Position numbers and translations under genes: made by a program. From NCBI GenBank assembly GCA_016235495.1, contig JACRKH010000021.1, positions 14,725 to 78,724 on the forward strand: DNA of 64,000 bases, read 5' to 3'. The DNA comes from Candidatus Woesearchaeota archaeon (GTDB lineage Archaea > Nanobdellota > Nanobdellia > SCGC-AAA011-G17 > GW2011-AR17). Positions 36,150 through 44,269 of this stretch are shown one piece after another (position 1 is the stretch's first letter; every line of letters starts with the position of its first letter). A model generated the notes under the pieces. That model searched no databases and was not told where the DNA came from. It saw only the letters and a list, made by a program, of their open reading frames with translations.

Positions 36150-36275
36150 CCCCACGTAGCTTAATGGTTTGAGCACTTGGCTGTAGATAAATTCCCCTTT
36201 TGACACTGCAAAGCAGAGGATGAAATAAGGGTAGCTGAACCCGAGAGGTTCCTGGTTCGAGTCCGGGCGTGGGGA
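36150..36275 (+). tRNA. tRNA-Tyr (anticodon GTA) with a ~53-nt canonical-position intron (about 36188-36240)
   Basis: Acceptor ccccacg/cgtgggg (C1:G72, the archaeal Tyr identity pair), D-arm gctt..gagc, anticodon stem cttgg/ccgag with loop ctGTAga, T-arm cctgg-ttcgagt-ccggg, discriminator A. Confidence 0.7.
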
Positions 36276-36292
36276 CTTATTATTCTAAGAGG
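36197..36292 (+). repeat. Direct-repeat copy 1 (part of the tRNA-Tyr intron, the 3' exon and 17 nt downstream)
   Basis: About 95 bp, matching 37333-37426 with about 5 mismatches or indels. Confidence 0.8.
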
Positions 36293-36308
36293 GAAAGAGT
36301 TGCTCTTT

Positions 36309-36737
36309 CTAGAAAATCATACCCTTTAATGAAGGATAGAGCTTTTTCAGAAATGCTAAGACTTTATCTGCATATTCCTTATTGAAAATAGTCCCATAAT
36401 ATTTTATCCCATTTCTATTATATCTTAGTTCATTCATAAACCTTAATTCTGGCTCAGAAAACTGAAGAATTGTTAAATAGGAAACCTCTGCTTCATGAGA
36501 ACTCTTTGAGGCATATCCATCAAGAAGCATTTTTCCACGGATAATCTCAATAAGGATATCATAAGAAGAATCAATAATAAAATTAGGAGAGATTTTTTCT
36601 TTAGGAATTTTCTCTAAGGCTATTTCTAAGAATGCTTTCTTTTCTTGTGCCTCTTCAAGTAAAGATAAAGCTCTGGCTCTGTTTGAAGACTGTTTTGTGA
36701 CAATCCCCTCTTTTAGGAACTCCTCAAATACTTTCAT
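36309..36737 (-). CDS. HEPN-domain protein (toxin), paralogue of 24893-25297
   Basis: A C-terminal LRYNRNGIKYYG, the same R..N.YYG motif as the first HEPN. Confidence 0.6.
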   Translation of the reverse strand: MKVFEEFLKEGIVTKQSSNRARALSLLEEAQEKKAFLEIALEKIPKEKISPNFIIDSSYDILIEIIRGKMLLDGYASKSSHEAEVSYLTILQFSEPELRFMNELRYNRNGIKYYGTIFNKEYADKVLAFLKKLYPSLKGMIF

Positions 36738-37282
36738 AACTCTATTGCTCCATTAATTGTTATTCCATTAAGAATATTATTCAATAAGTGCTTGTCTATT
36801 CTTTTGAAAAAGTCATAAAAATTGATATTTATTTCTCGTTCTAATTTTTTCTCAAAAGCTTCTAAATTTATTTCTTTCTGTTTTGCTCCTATTACTGCTA
36901 TATCAATATCAGATCTTATTGTATCTTCCCCCCATGCATAAGAGCCAAACAATATAATGGTTGTACCAGGGAATTTCTTGCTCAGCTCTTCTACTAGCTT
37001 TGATTCATAAAGAAGTTTTATATTATTAGCCCTTTTTAAGCCGTGTATTAAAATATTATCTTCATTTAATGAAATGGAAAGCCTTTTTGTTTCTTTATTT
37101 TTGATGACTTTTATATAATCTTCCTTTTCTAAATTTCTTAATGCCTTTCCAATCCCTGGCTGTGAAACGTTTAATGCTACTGCTAGAGCCCTTGCTGTAA
37201 ATACCTCCCCTTTTCTTATGAAAAGAAAATTGAGTACTTCCTGTTCTAATATTGTTAACTGGAGTTTATACATAGTAACCAT
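36734..37282 (-). CDS. MNT nucleotidyltransferase with wHTH (antitoxin), paralogue of 24306-24896
   Basis: A GSYAWGEDTIRSDIDIAV motif and a 4-nt overlap with the HEPN gene. Confidence 0.7.
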   Translation of the reverse strand: MVTMYKLQLTILEQEVLNFLFIRKGEVFTARALAVALNVSQPGIGKALRNLEKEDYIKVIKNKETKRLSISLNEDNILIHGLKRANNIKLLYESKLVEELSKKFPGTTIILFGSYAWGEDTIRSDIDIAVIGAKQKEINLEAFEKKLEREININFYDFFKRIDKHLLNNILNGITINGAIEL

Positions 37283-37332
37283 AGCTTAGTAATATAATCT
37301 GTAGTTTATATACCTTTCTATGAGATTATAGC

Positions 37333-37426
37333 TCTTTTGACGCTGCAAAGCAGAGGATGAAATAAGGGTAGCTGAACCCGAGAGCTTCCTGGTTCGAGTC
37401 CTGGCGTGGGGCTTATTATTCTAAAG
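37333..37426 (+). repeat. Direct-repeat copy 2: a partial tRNA-Tyr copy (intron part plus 3' exon) lacking the 5' exon
   Basis: ttttgacgctgcaaagcagaggatgaaataagggtagctgaacccgagagcttcctggttcgagtcctggcgtggggcttattattctaa. Confidence 0.8.
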
Positions 37427-37428
37427 AA

Positions 37429-37776
37429 CTACAGCATTTTCAAATCGCCAGTAATGCTGTCAATCTTCTTCTCGCTATCCGGACCAATTGCCAAGCAGGT
37501 CACAGTTGGCTTATTGAACACAGTCTTGCCCGCATCGGTAATCAGTGCAGTGACTAAGCCAGCCTCTTCCGCCATTTTCTTGTACTTCATCATTTCTCGC
37601 AAATCAGTGACTTTCAGAGAAACTTTTTTCATGCCTTCTTTTCTCCATTCTTTCACTGCTTCTTTCGTCGACGCTAAAGTCGCTTCCACTGCAGCATGCG
37701 CCACCTGAACAGAAAGTTTCCCTTTCTCCATCTTCAAGTCCATACGCACGAGAATAACCTGCTTCATAAATATCAA
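37429..37776 (-). CDS. pth2: Peptidyl-tRNA hydrolase, archaeal type
   Basis: A KQVILVRMDLKMEKGKLSVQVAHAAV motif. Confidence 0.85.
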   Translation of the reverse strand: MIFMKQVILVRMDLKMEKGKLSVQVAHAAVEATLASTKEAVKEWRKEGMKKVSLKVTDLREMMKYKKMAEEAGLVTALITDAGKTVFNKPTVTCLAIGPDSEKKIDSITGDLKML

Positions 37777-37845
37777 GAAAGATTCAAATTATATAAATAT
37801 TTCCAAAAAGTTTATATTCTATTACAACTTACAAAAAAAGTATAA

Positions 37846-39573
37846 ATGAAAAAGATTTCAGTCTTCATAATCACATGCTTCTTGCTTTCTGCAAGCTTTG
37901 CAAGTGCAAATGTACTGAGTAGCGGATGGAATTTTTTAATAACAGGATATGATGTTGTAGAGGAAAGCCCTGCGCCGAGTGGAGACACAGGAACAAGCCC
38001 TGTACCGAGTGACACGATAGCTCCACAGCCTTCTGTATCACAACCCGTTGCAGACCAACAACCCCAACAGCCAGATCAATCTCAACAGCCCCAGCAGTTT
38101 CAAGACCAAAATCAATGCCAGCCTGATCAACCATGTTTTCAAAATCAGCCTAGTCAATCCCAAGAGGGTCAACGGTTCCAGCAGCAAGATCAATCTCAAC
38201 AACCCCAGCAGTTTCAAGACCAAAGGGAATTTAATCAAGGTCAAGAGCAACTCATGCAATTTAATCAGCAAAGACAGCAGCAGCGGCAGAATTGTCCCTC
38301 TGAAGACCAAATAAATCAAATGATTTCTGGCTGTAACCAGCACGGAGGAAACTGGATAAGAAATACAGATCCAAGCGGGTGTACATTCATAGATTGTTCT
38401 TTTAGTGGTGGAAGTCAGCAAGGGCAATTCCAAGGAGCTCCGCAATTTAATCAGCAAGGCCAGTTTGCTCAGCAGCCAGCGCCAACTTGTCGTATAAATG
38501 GAGTAGAGACTCCAGGTGCATGCAGTAATTTTGGAGGAGGACAGCAGGGTCAGTTCCAAGGGGCTCCACAATTTGGCCAGCAAGATCCATTCAGTGGACA
38601 AGCATGTCAAAGCAAAGAGGAAGCAGATCAACAAGCACAAACCTGTGCACAAATAGGCGCACAGCCCATTGCCTCCCCAGGGCAGAATGGTTGTGCTCCG
38701 ATAATTACTTGTAGCCAGAGTGGAAAAGGCGGTTTAAGTTATGATCAATATCAACAAGGTCAACAAGCATTTGAGAGTGGACAAATAGATTCTGTGCAAG
38801 TTCTTGAGGCAATACTAAAAATGGATAGTTTAAAAATCCAAATAAGCAATACACAAAAACAAATGCAGGACATCGCAAATTATTATGAAAGTCAAGGTGA
38901 CTCCGCATCAGCAGCAAGCTACAACAATGCAGCAGACATATTGAGCCAAGTTGCATCAAAGATAGATGAACAGAAGCAAGTTCTGAAAGATGCAGTTTCT
39001 GCAGGGACATTGGATTATGAAACCATTTTCCAAATCAGGTCAGACTTACAATACTCTGTTGATGAACTTATGAACCAAGTAATAAGTGCACTTCTCGGCG
39101 TAGAATACACGGGAATAAGTGGGCAGGCAGGAGAGCTTGAATGTGGCAGCAATGGACTCTGCTTCCAGAATGATTTCAGAGAATGTGCAGCAGGTGCAAC
39201 CTTTAGTCCAGAATCAGGCATATCAATAACTATTTCCGGAGTAGGAAGTGATGATAGCTGTGGATTGCAGGTTTCTGGGCCATTTGGTCAAGCAACCTGT
39301 AATGTCCCTAATTACAGATTCGCACAGTTAAGCAAAGAGGCAATCATGCCCTACTGTGAAGGTTTGCCGGACATGAGTCAAGGACAAGACCAAAATCCTA
39401 GCGAGAATTTTCAAGAACAAGATTCATTCCAGCAGCAAGCTGAAGGAGTAGAGCCTGTAGAGCCTGTAGAACCAATACAGCCAGTAGAACCAGCACCACA
39501 GCCAGCAGAATCCATCTCCCAGGAGCCTACATCAACGCCAGCCCCTGAAGAAACAACACAAGGAGGAGCATAA
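37846..39573 (+). CDS. Secreted Gln/Pro-rich repeat protein with a Cys-containing C-terminal domain and a PVEP-repeat tail
   Basis: A signal peptide, repeated DQSQQPQQFQDQ and GGxQQGQFQGAPQF units, and PVEPVEPVEPIQPVEP at the C-terminus. Confidence 0.55.
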   Translation: MKKISVFIITCFLLSASFASANVLSSGWNFLITGYDVVEESPAPSGDTGTSPVPSDTIAPQPSVSQPVADQQPQQPDQSQQPQQFQDQNQCQPDQPCFQNQPSQSQEGQRFQQQDQSQQPQQFQDQREFNQGQEQLMQFNQQRQQQRQNCPSEDQINQMISGCNQHGGNWIRNTDPSGCTFIDCSFSGGSQQGQFQGAPQFNQQGQFAQQPAPTCRINGVETPGACSNFGGGQQGQFQGAPQFGQQDPFSGQACQSKEEADQQAQTCAQIGAQPIASPGQNGCAPIITCSQSGKGGLSYDQYQQGQQAFESGQIDSVQVLEAILKMDSLKIQISNTQKQMQDIANYYESQGDSASAASYNNAADILSQVASKIDEQKQVLKDAVSAGTLDYETIFQIRSDLQYSVDELMNQVISALLGVEYTGISGQAGELECGSNGLCFQNDFRECAAGATFSPESGISITISGVGSDDSCGLQVSGPFGQATCNVPNYRFAQLSKEAIMPYCEGLPDMSQGQDQNPSENFQEQDSFQQQAEGVEPVEPVEPIQPVEPAPQPAESISQEPTSTPAPEETTQGGA

Positions 39574-39575
39574 AA

Positions 39576-39758
39576 ATGAGAAAAAAAATACTAGCAATAT
39601 TTTTCATTCTTTGCCTTCTGTTTGTACTAACTGCATGCAGTTCTCAAAAGACAACGATAAAATCTGATGAACAAGCAGTAGCTTCGATACAAGATGTAAG
39701 CAAAGATGTGTCTGGTATTTCTAGTTCTTTGAAAGATATTAATAATAATCTAGGCTAG
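39576..39758 (+). CDS. Small lipoprotein (lipobox LTAC), 60 aa
   Basis: A signal peptide plus a lipobox Cys. Confidence 0.35.
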   Translation: MRKKILAIFFILCLLFVLTACSSQKTTIKSDEQAVASIQDVSKDVSGISSSLKDINNNLG

Positions 39759-39764
39759 AATTTT

Positions 39765-40811
39765 TTATTTCACATGCAGCTCTATAACATCTTCATCCAT
39801 CAGCTCATGCTCTAATCCTACTTTCTGCCCAGCATGTTTTGCACTTGGGCCCCAGATGCGTGCATACTTAAATCGCTTAAAAAAATCTTTGTGAATCATT
39901 CGAGCAAGGGTTTTAATCGTATCCCCGCCATGCAGTGCAACAGGAGGCCAGTCTTTATTTTTCCCTAAACTTTTCGTATACACTTTAATCAAATTTAATG
40001 CCTGAAAGACATTATCCTTAAATGCATCTAATCCCTTTCCTGTTTTTGCAGAAATTCCTTCCCCTCGTATATCAGCCTTAGTAGGAATAATCAGCAAAGG
40101 AAGATACACAATGGATTCATTCAGTATATCTGCAAGGTCTTCAATAGTGACAGTTTCAAATGCAGTAACAATAGCATTGTGGTAGCCATTTGCAGTAAGA
40201 ATTTCTATAGCCTCCTTCTGAGTAAAAGAAAAATATTTTTTTCCTAAGAACTCAATTCCTCCCATGCCAGTTTTTTTAATAGTAATCTTAGGCCGCTCGG
40301 CATTGAGTTTAATCTGTCCTTTTTCAAATTCATCATAAAGAAGTTCTAACTGTTTTTCTTTGTTCTGGGTATTATCAATGAGAAAAACAACCAAATCAGC
40401 ACTGCGAATCACACTGAACAGAGATGGTCCATCACCCTTATACGCATAATCCTTAAAGAAAGCAGGCAGTTCAATAATTTGAATATTAATTCCCTTATAA
40501 TCCATGATGCCAAACTCTGGTTTTGTCGTGGTAAATTTATATTCAGCAATCAAAGGTTTTGCATTGGTCAGCGCAGCAAGCAGACTGGACTTTCCAGCAT
40601 TAGTCACAGAAGCAAGAATCACCTGTGCAGCTCCTTCTCGCTTTACAGAGAGTGTATTTCCCTTCCCGCCCTTTGCAGTTGTTCTGTTTTTCTCTAACTG
40701 CGAACGAAACTTTGCAAGCCTCTGTTTGATTCCTGCACGAAGCGTCTCGCTCCCTTTGTGATTTGGTGCAGTTCTGAGCATTTCCTCCAGAGCACTAATT
40801 CTCGCAGACAT
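39765..40811 (-). CDS. Developmentally regulated GTP-binding protein (DRG, Obg family) with a TGS domain
   Basis: A G1 motif (VTNAGKSSLL) and a C-terminal TGS (IKVYTK...HGGDTIKTLARMIHKDF). I chose the start at MSARISALEE; the track ORF extends 32 codons further upstream to 40907. Confidence 0.75.
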   Translation of the reverse strand: MSARISALEEMLRTAPNHKGSETLRAGIKQRLAKFRSQLEKNRTTAKGGKGNTLSVKREGAAQVILASVTNAGKSSLLAALTNAKPLIAEYKFTTTKPEFGIMDYKGINIQIIELPAFFKDYAYKGDGPSLFSVIRSADLVVFLIDNTQNKEKQLELLYDEFEKGQIKLNAERPKITIKKTGMGGIEFLGKKYFSFTQKEAIEILTANGYHNAIVTAFETVTIEDLADILNESIVYLPLLIIPTKADIRGEGISAKTGKGLDAFKDNVFQALNLIKVYTKSLGKNKDWPPVALHGGDTIKTLARMIHKDFFKRFKYARIWGPSAKHAGQKVGLEHELMDEDVIELHVK

Positions 40812-40951
40812 AGTCTCAGCTTCGTTGTATTTCTTTTCTGCTTTGAAATATTCAGGTTTTGCATTGATGGGCATACTTTTGAAAAAGGAAATGCCTTTTA
40901 AAAGCATTTTGCCCCCAAAGTTATTTAAACAAAAACAGCCCCAAAAGGGCT

Positions 40952-41482
40952 ATGGCGATACTTGCATACCAGTCAGACATCCTGACCAGCATTGTTGCAG
41001 GGGTGCTGATACTTGGTTTTGGCATTCTTGTAGGAAATCTCATTGCAGTAGTTTCAAGAAAAGCCCTGCAGAGTTTTGAAATAGACAGACTTCTCCAGGA
41101 TATAGGGGTTCGCTTTCCTTTTGAAGAATTCTTCAGCTCGCTTCTCAGGTACATTGTCTACATTGCTGCATTGATTCTCGGCCTCACTTTTTTAGGGCTT
41201 GAGAAAATATTCCTTTACATCATCCTTTTCATTCTCCTGGGGCTTTTCATAGTCTTTATTCTCTTTTCCTTGAAAGACTTTATCCCCAATGCATTCGCAG
41301 CATTCATCATTCAGTTCAAACAGAAACTTAAGAAAGGGGATATCATACAGATTGATACTATCGAAGGAAAAATTATTCACATGGATATGCTGGAAATACA
41401 AGTAAGAAGTGCAGACAACGAAGTAGTCGTCATTCCAAACATTCTCGTGCAGAAATCGCTTATTACAAAGAAGAAAAAGTAA
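40952..41482 (+). CDS. Mini MscS-type mechanosensitive channel, 176 aa
   Basis: Three TM helices plus the MscS beta-domain motif TIEGKIIHMDMLEIQVRSADNEVVVIPN. Confidence 0.55.
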   Translation: MAILAYQSDILTSIVAGVLILGFGILVGNLIAVVSRKALQSFEIDRLLQDIGVRFPFEEFFSSLLRYIVYIAALILGLTFLGLEKIFLYIILFILLGLFIVFILFSLKDFIPNAFAAFIIQFKQKLKKGDIIQIDTIEGKIIHMDMLEIQVRSADNEVVVIPNILVQKSLITKKKK

Positions 41483-42388
41483 TTAATAAATAACTACAAG
41501 CACTGCAAGACACCACAAAGCAATTCCAGTTATTAATCTTGTATCTTTATAAAAATACTCTGGGCTTCTTGCTATAACAGATGCACTTTCGACAAGGAAA
41601 AGATAGCGGAGGATCACATAAAATGCAAAAGGCAGCGTGTAAATCAAATGAGGGTACACACTCAAAAAAGAATAGAGGCTGTAGGACATAAGCAAGGCAG
41701 TAGTTGCAACGGCCATAAGCATTCCAGTTATATTTTCTCCATAAGAAGCTAAAACTTTCTTATGCACAGGAGCTTTTTCTTCCAGGAATTTATATTCAGC
41801 TCTTCTCTTTCCCACAGCAATAAAGAAGCTCAAAAAGAAAGTACAGACAATCAGCCAAGGGCTTATTCGTACATGAAGGACATACGCACCTGCAGCTGCA
41901 CGAAGAACAAAATTCACTGCAATAAACAGAGTATCTGCAAAAAGCTCCTCTTTGAAATACACCGAATACAGCAAAGTCAAGAAGAAAAATAAGAGAAGTA
42001 TAAGAAAGAAAGAGAAAGATAATACTATTCCAATGCTCAGAGAAACAACAGCAAGAATGCCAGCAAGAGTACCAGCAGTCCACAGAGAGATTTTACCAGA
42101 AGCCAATGGTCTTTCCTTTTTCTCTGGATGCACTTTATCTTTTTCTCTATCAATAATATCATTAATGATATAATTCACAGAAGACATCATACATAAAGCA
42201 AAAAACGCAAGAATACTCAAAAGAATACTTTTTTCATCAGTAGCAAGCCCTACAAAAACCAAAGGAAGAAACACGAGAAGGTTCTTATACCATTGCCTAA
42301 CACGAAAAAGCTGGATAAGCATACGAAAAAAATAAAATCTGTTTATATAAACACTCAGCCTCTCCAAAATATATCCCTTATTAAGCAT
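41483..42388 (-). CDS. UbiA-family prenyltransferase (a candidate DGGGP synthase)
   Basis: An NDIIDREKD Asp-rich motif and multiple TM helices. Confidence 0.6.
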   Translation of the reverse strand: MLNKGYILERLSVYINRFYFFRMLIQLFRVRQWYKNLLVFLPLVFVGLATDEKSILLSILAFFALCMMSSVNYIINDIIDREKDKVHPEKKERPLASGKISLWTAGTLAGILAVVSLSIGIVLSFSFFLILLLFFFLTLLYSVYFKEELFADTLFIAVNFVLRAAAGAYVLHVRISPWLIVCTFFLSFFIAVGKRRAEYKFLEEKAPVHKKVLASYGENITGMLMAVATTALLMSYSLYSFLSVYPHLIYTLPFAFYVILRYLFLVESASVIARSPEYFYKDTRLITGIALWCLAVLVVIY

Positions 42389-42434
42389 ATTCAGTAAGGA
42401 ATAATATTAAAAGGAAGAATAGAGCAGAGAACAT

Positions 42435-42824
42435 ATGCATAGAAAAAGCTTGGAAAGCATAGAAAGATGTCTTAAGAACATTAATATTTTTATCTCAAGA
42501 AATAATACTCTCATAGAGCTCTTTTTTCTTATACTTTATTCTCTTGAACAAGTATTCTTAATTTATTTTACTTTAAAACAACAAACACACTTAGAATATA
42601 CCATCTCTCTTTTTATAGTAATCTTTCTATTTACCTTCGCATTGCAGAAAATATGCATGGAAATGAGAATAAAATACTTAGAGCGACTCCTTCAAGATAC
42701 AATCTCAGAAAAAGACCACATTTATAAGGAAAGTAGAGAAATACACGAAAATACTATCTCTTTAAAGAAAGATTTAAATAAATCAGAATCTAAGAAAAAA
42801 GGAGGAAAACAAAAAGATGAGTGA
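42435..42824 (+). CDS. Hypothetical membrane protein
   Basis: Open frame plus hydrophobic segments. Confidence 0.3.
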   Translation: MHRKSLESIERCLKNINIFISRNNTLIELFFLILYSLEQVFLIYFTLKQQTHLEYTISLFIVIFLFTFALQKICMEMRIKYLERLLQDTISEKDHIYKESREIHENTISLKKDLNKSESKKKGGKQKDE

Positions 42825-43002
42825 TGCCGAATTCATTAAAGAGTTGGAAAAAGTCATAGAAAAGAATACCCTATCTATGAAGAAGATTGAGGAAAGCAAT
42901 AAGAAAATAAATGAAAATTTTAAGAAGATATTAGCCATTCTCTAGAACATTCAAGCCTTTTCCAGCACAACATTAATAAAGAATCACTTCTAAATAAAGC
43001 CC

Positions 43003-43506
43003 ATGAAAAAGATTGCCTTGCTTATACTTGTACTAGTATTCGTAACAGCATGCACAACACAGAAGGAAACAACAATGAACAGCGCAGATATTCTTATAGA
43101 AACAAATAAAGGAAATTTTAGCATTGCATTATATGATGACACACCTATAACAAAAGCAAACTTCATCTCGTTAGTTCAATCACAATTCTATGATGGCTTG
43201 ACATTCCATAGGTATGAACCTGGCTTCGTTATCCAAGGTGGAGACCCAAATGGTGATGGCACTGGTGGCAGTGAGAAAACAATTCCCTTAGAAATTGTTT
43301 CAGGAAAATCACACAGTAGAGGAACAGTAGGTATGGCTCGCTCTTCTGATCCAAACAGTGCAAGCTCTCAGTTCTTCGTTAACCTAGTAGACAATACATT
43401 CCTAGATAATCAATATACAGTCTTCGGGGAAGTCACTGAAGGTATGGATGTAGTGGATTCTCTCAGAGCTGGGGATAAAATGATAAAAGTAGAAATAATT
43501 TCTTAA
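43003..43506 (+). CDS. Cyclophilin-type peptidyl-prolyl isomerase, lipoprotein
   Basis: A lipobox (VTAC) and FHRYEPGFVIQGGDP. Confidence 0.8.
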   Translation: MKKIALLILVLVFVTACTTQKETTMNSADILIETNKGNFSIALYDDTPITKANFISLVQSQFYDGLTFHRYEPGFVIQGGDPNGDGTGGSEKTIPLEIVSGKSHSRGTVGMARSSDPNSASSQFFVNLVDNTFLDNQYTVFGEVTEGMDVVDSLRAGDKMIKVEIIS

Positions 43507-43616
43507 TACCCTTCTCAGAAAAATAAATAATTATTTAAGGCGCTATAAAGTAATTCAAAAGTTTTATATAAGCATTATGTGTATTAAATATATTAAATAA
43601 TAACTGTGGAAATAAA

Positions 43617-43856
43617 ATGGCAACAATAACCCTTTCAGTTCCTGAGGAACTCAAGCTTGAAATGGATAAATCTAAGTTTATTAATTGGTCTGCGGTTGCA
43701 CGTGAGGCAATCAAGACAAAAGTGATGCAATTAAAAATTCTTAACTCCATTGCAGCAAAATCAGAGTTGACAGAAAAAGATGCAATTGAAATTGGAAGAA
43801 AAATTAAGAAGAGTATGCATCAGAAGTACCAGAAAGAATATCCTAGGCCACAGTAG
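43617..43856 (+). CDS. RHH/VapB-like antitoxin
   Basis: A small protein with an N-terminal beta-strand and helices (ATITLSVPEELKLEMDK), directly upstream of a PIN gene. Confidence 0.45.
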   Translation: MATITLSVPEELKLEMDKSKFINWSAVAREAIKTKVMQLKILNSIAAKSELTEKDAIEIGRKIKKSMHQKYQKEYPRPQ

Positions 43857-44263
43857 ATGGATCTTGTTATTGATGCTAATATAGTTATTTCTACCATAAT
43901 AGCTCTCCAAGGAAAGACACGTGAGTTGCTTTTTCATGAAGATATTCATTTATTTGCACCAGAGTTTTTGTTGGAAGAATTTGCTAAGCATAGAAAAGAA
44001 ATACTTCAAAAATCTAAACTCCAAGATGAAGATCTTCAACTGGCCCTGAGTTTAATTTCTACAAGGATAAATTTCATCCCTTTTTCCGACATAGAAAAAT
44101 ATGTCTTTTCTGGAAGCTAAGCCCAGACCCAGATGTTGTAGAGTATTTTGCATTGGCACTAAAATTAAATTTTCCCATATGGACCAATGATAAGCTTTTG
44201 AAACAGCAAAGAGTGGTGAAGATCTATTCAACTTCAGAATTATTAAAAGATTTTAATCTCTGA
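43857..44263 (+). pseudogene. PIN-domain (VapC-like) toxin gene disrupted by a -1 frameshift near 44110-44120
   Basis: The N-terminal part (MDLVIDANIVIS...) stops at 44120. The C-terminal part (PDPDVVEYFALALKLNFPIWTNDKLL...) continues in the +2 frame to the TGA at 44263. Confidence 0.55.
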
Positions 44264-44269
44264 AAACTT

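Larger units (their letters stand above)
36293..37332. mobile_element. A 1.04-kb cassette (HEPN-MNT) bracketed by direct repeats derived from tRNA-Tyr; a putative remnant of an integrated element
   Basis: Flanked by the 36197-36292 and 37333-37426 repeats. No integrase gene is present. Confidence 0.5.

Noticed and set aside
37871-39221. Minus-strand and alternate-frame ORFs inside the Q-rich secreted protein gene
   Set aside because: They are artefacts of the repetitive CAG/CAA-rich sequence. The plus-frame ORF has a signal peptide and continuous coding.
42824-42946. A 41-codon coiled-coil ORF (MSDAEFIKELEKVIEKNT...)
   Set aside because: It is below a reliable length and has no supporting signal. 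It could be a real micro-protein, but I cannot show that.
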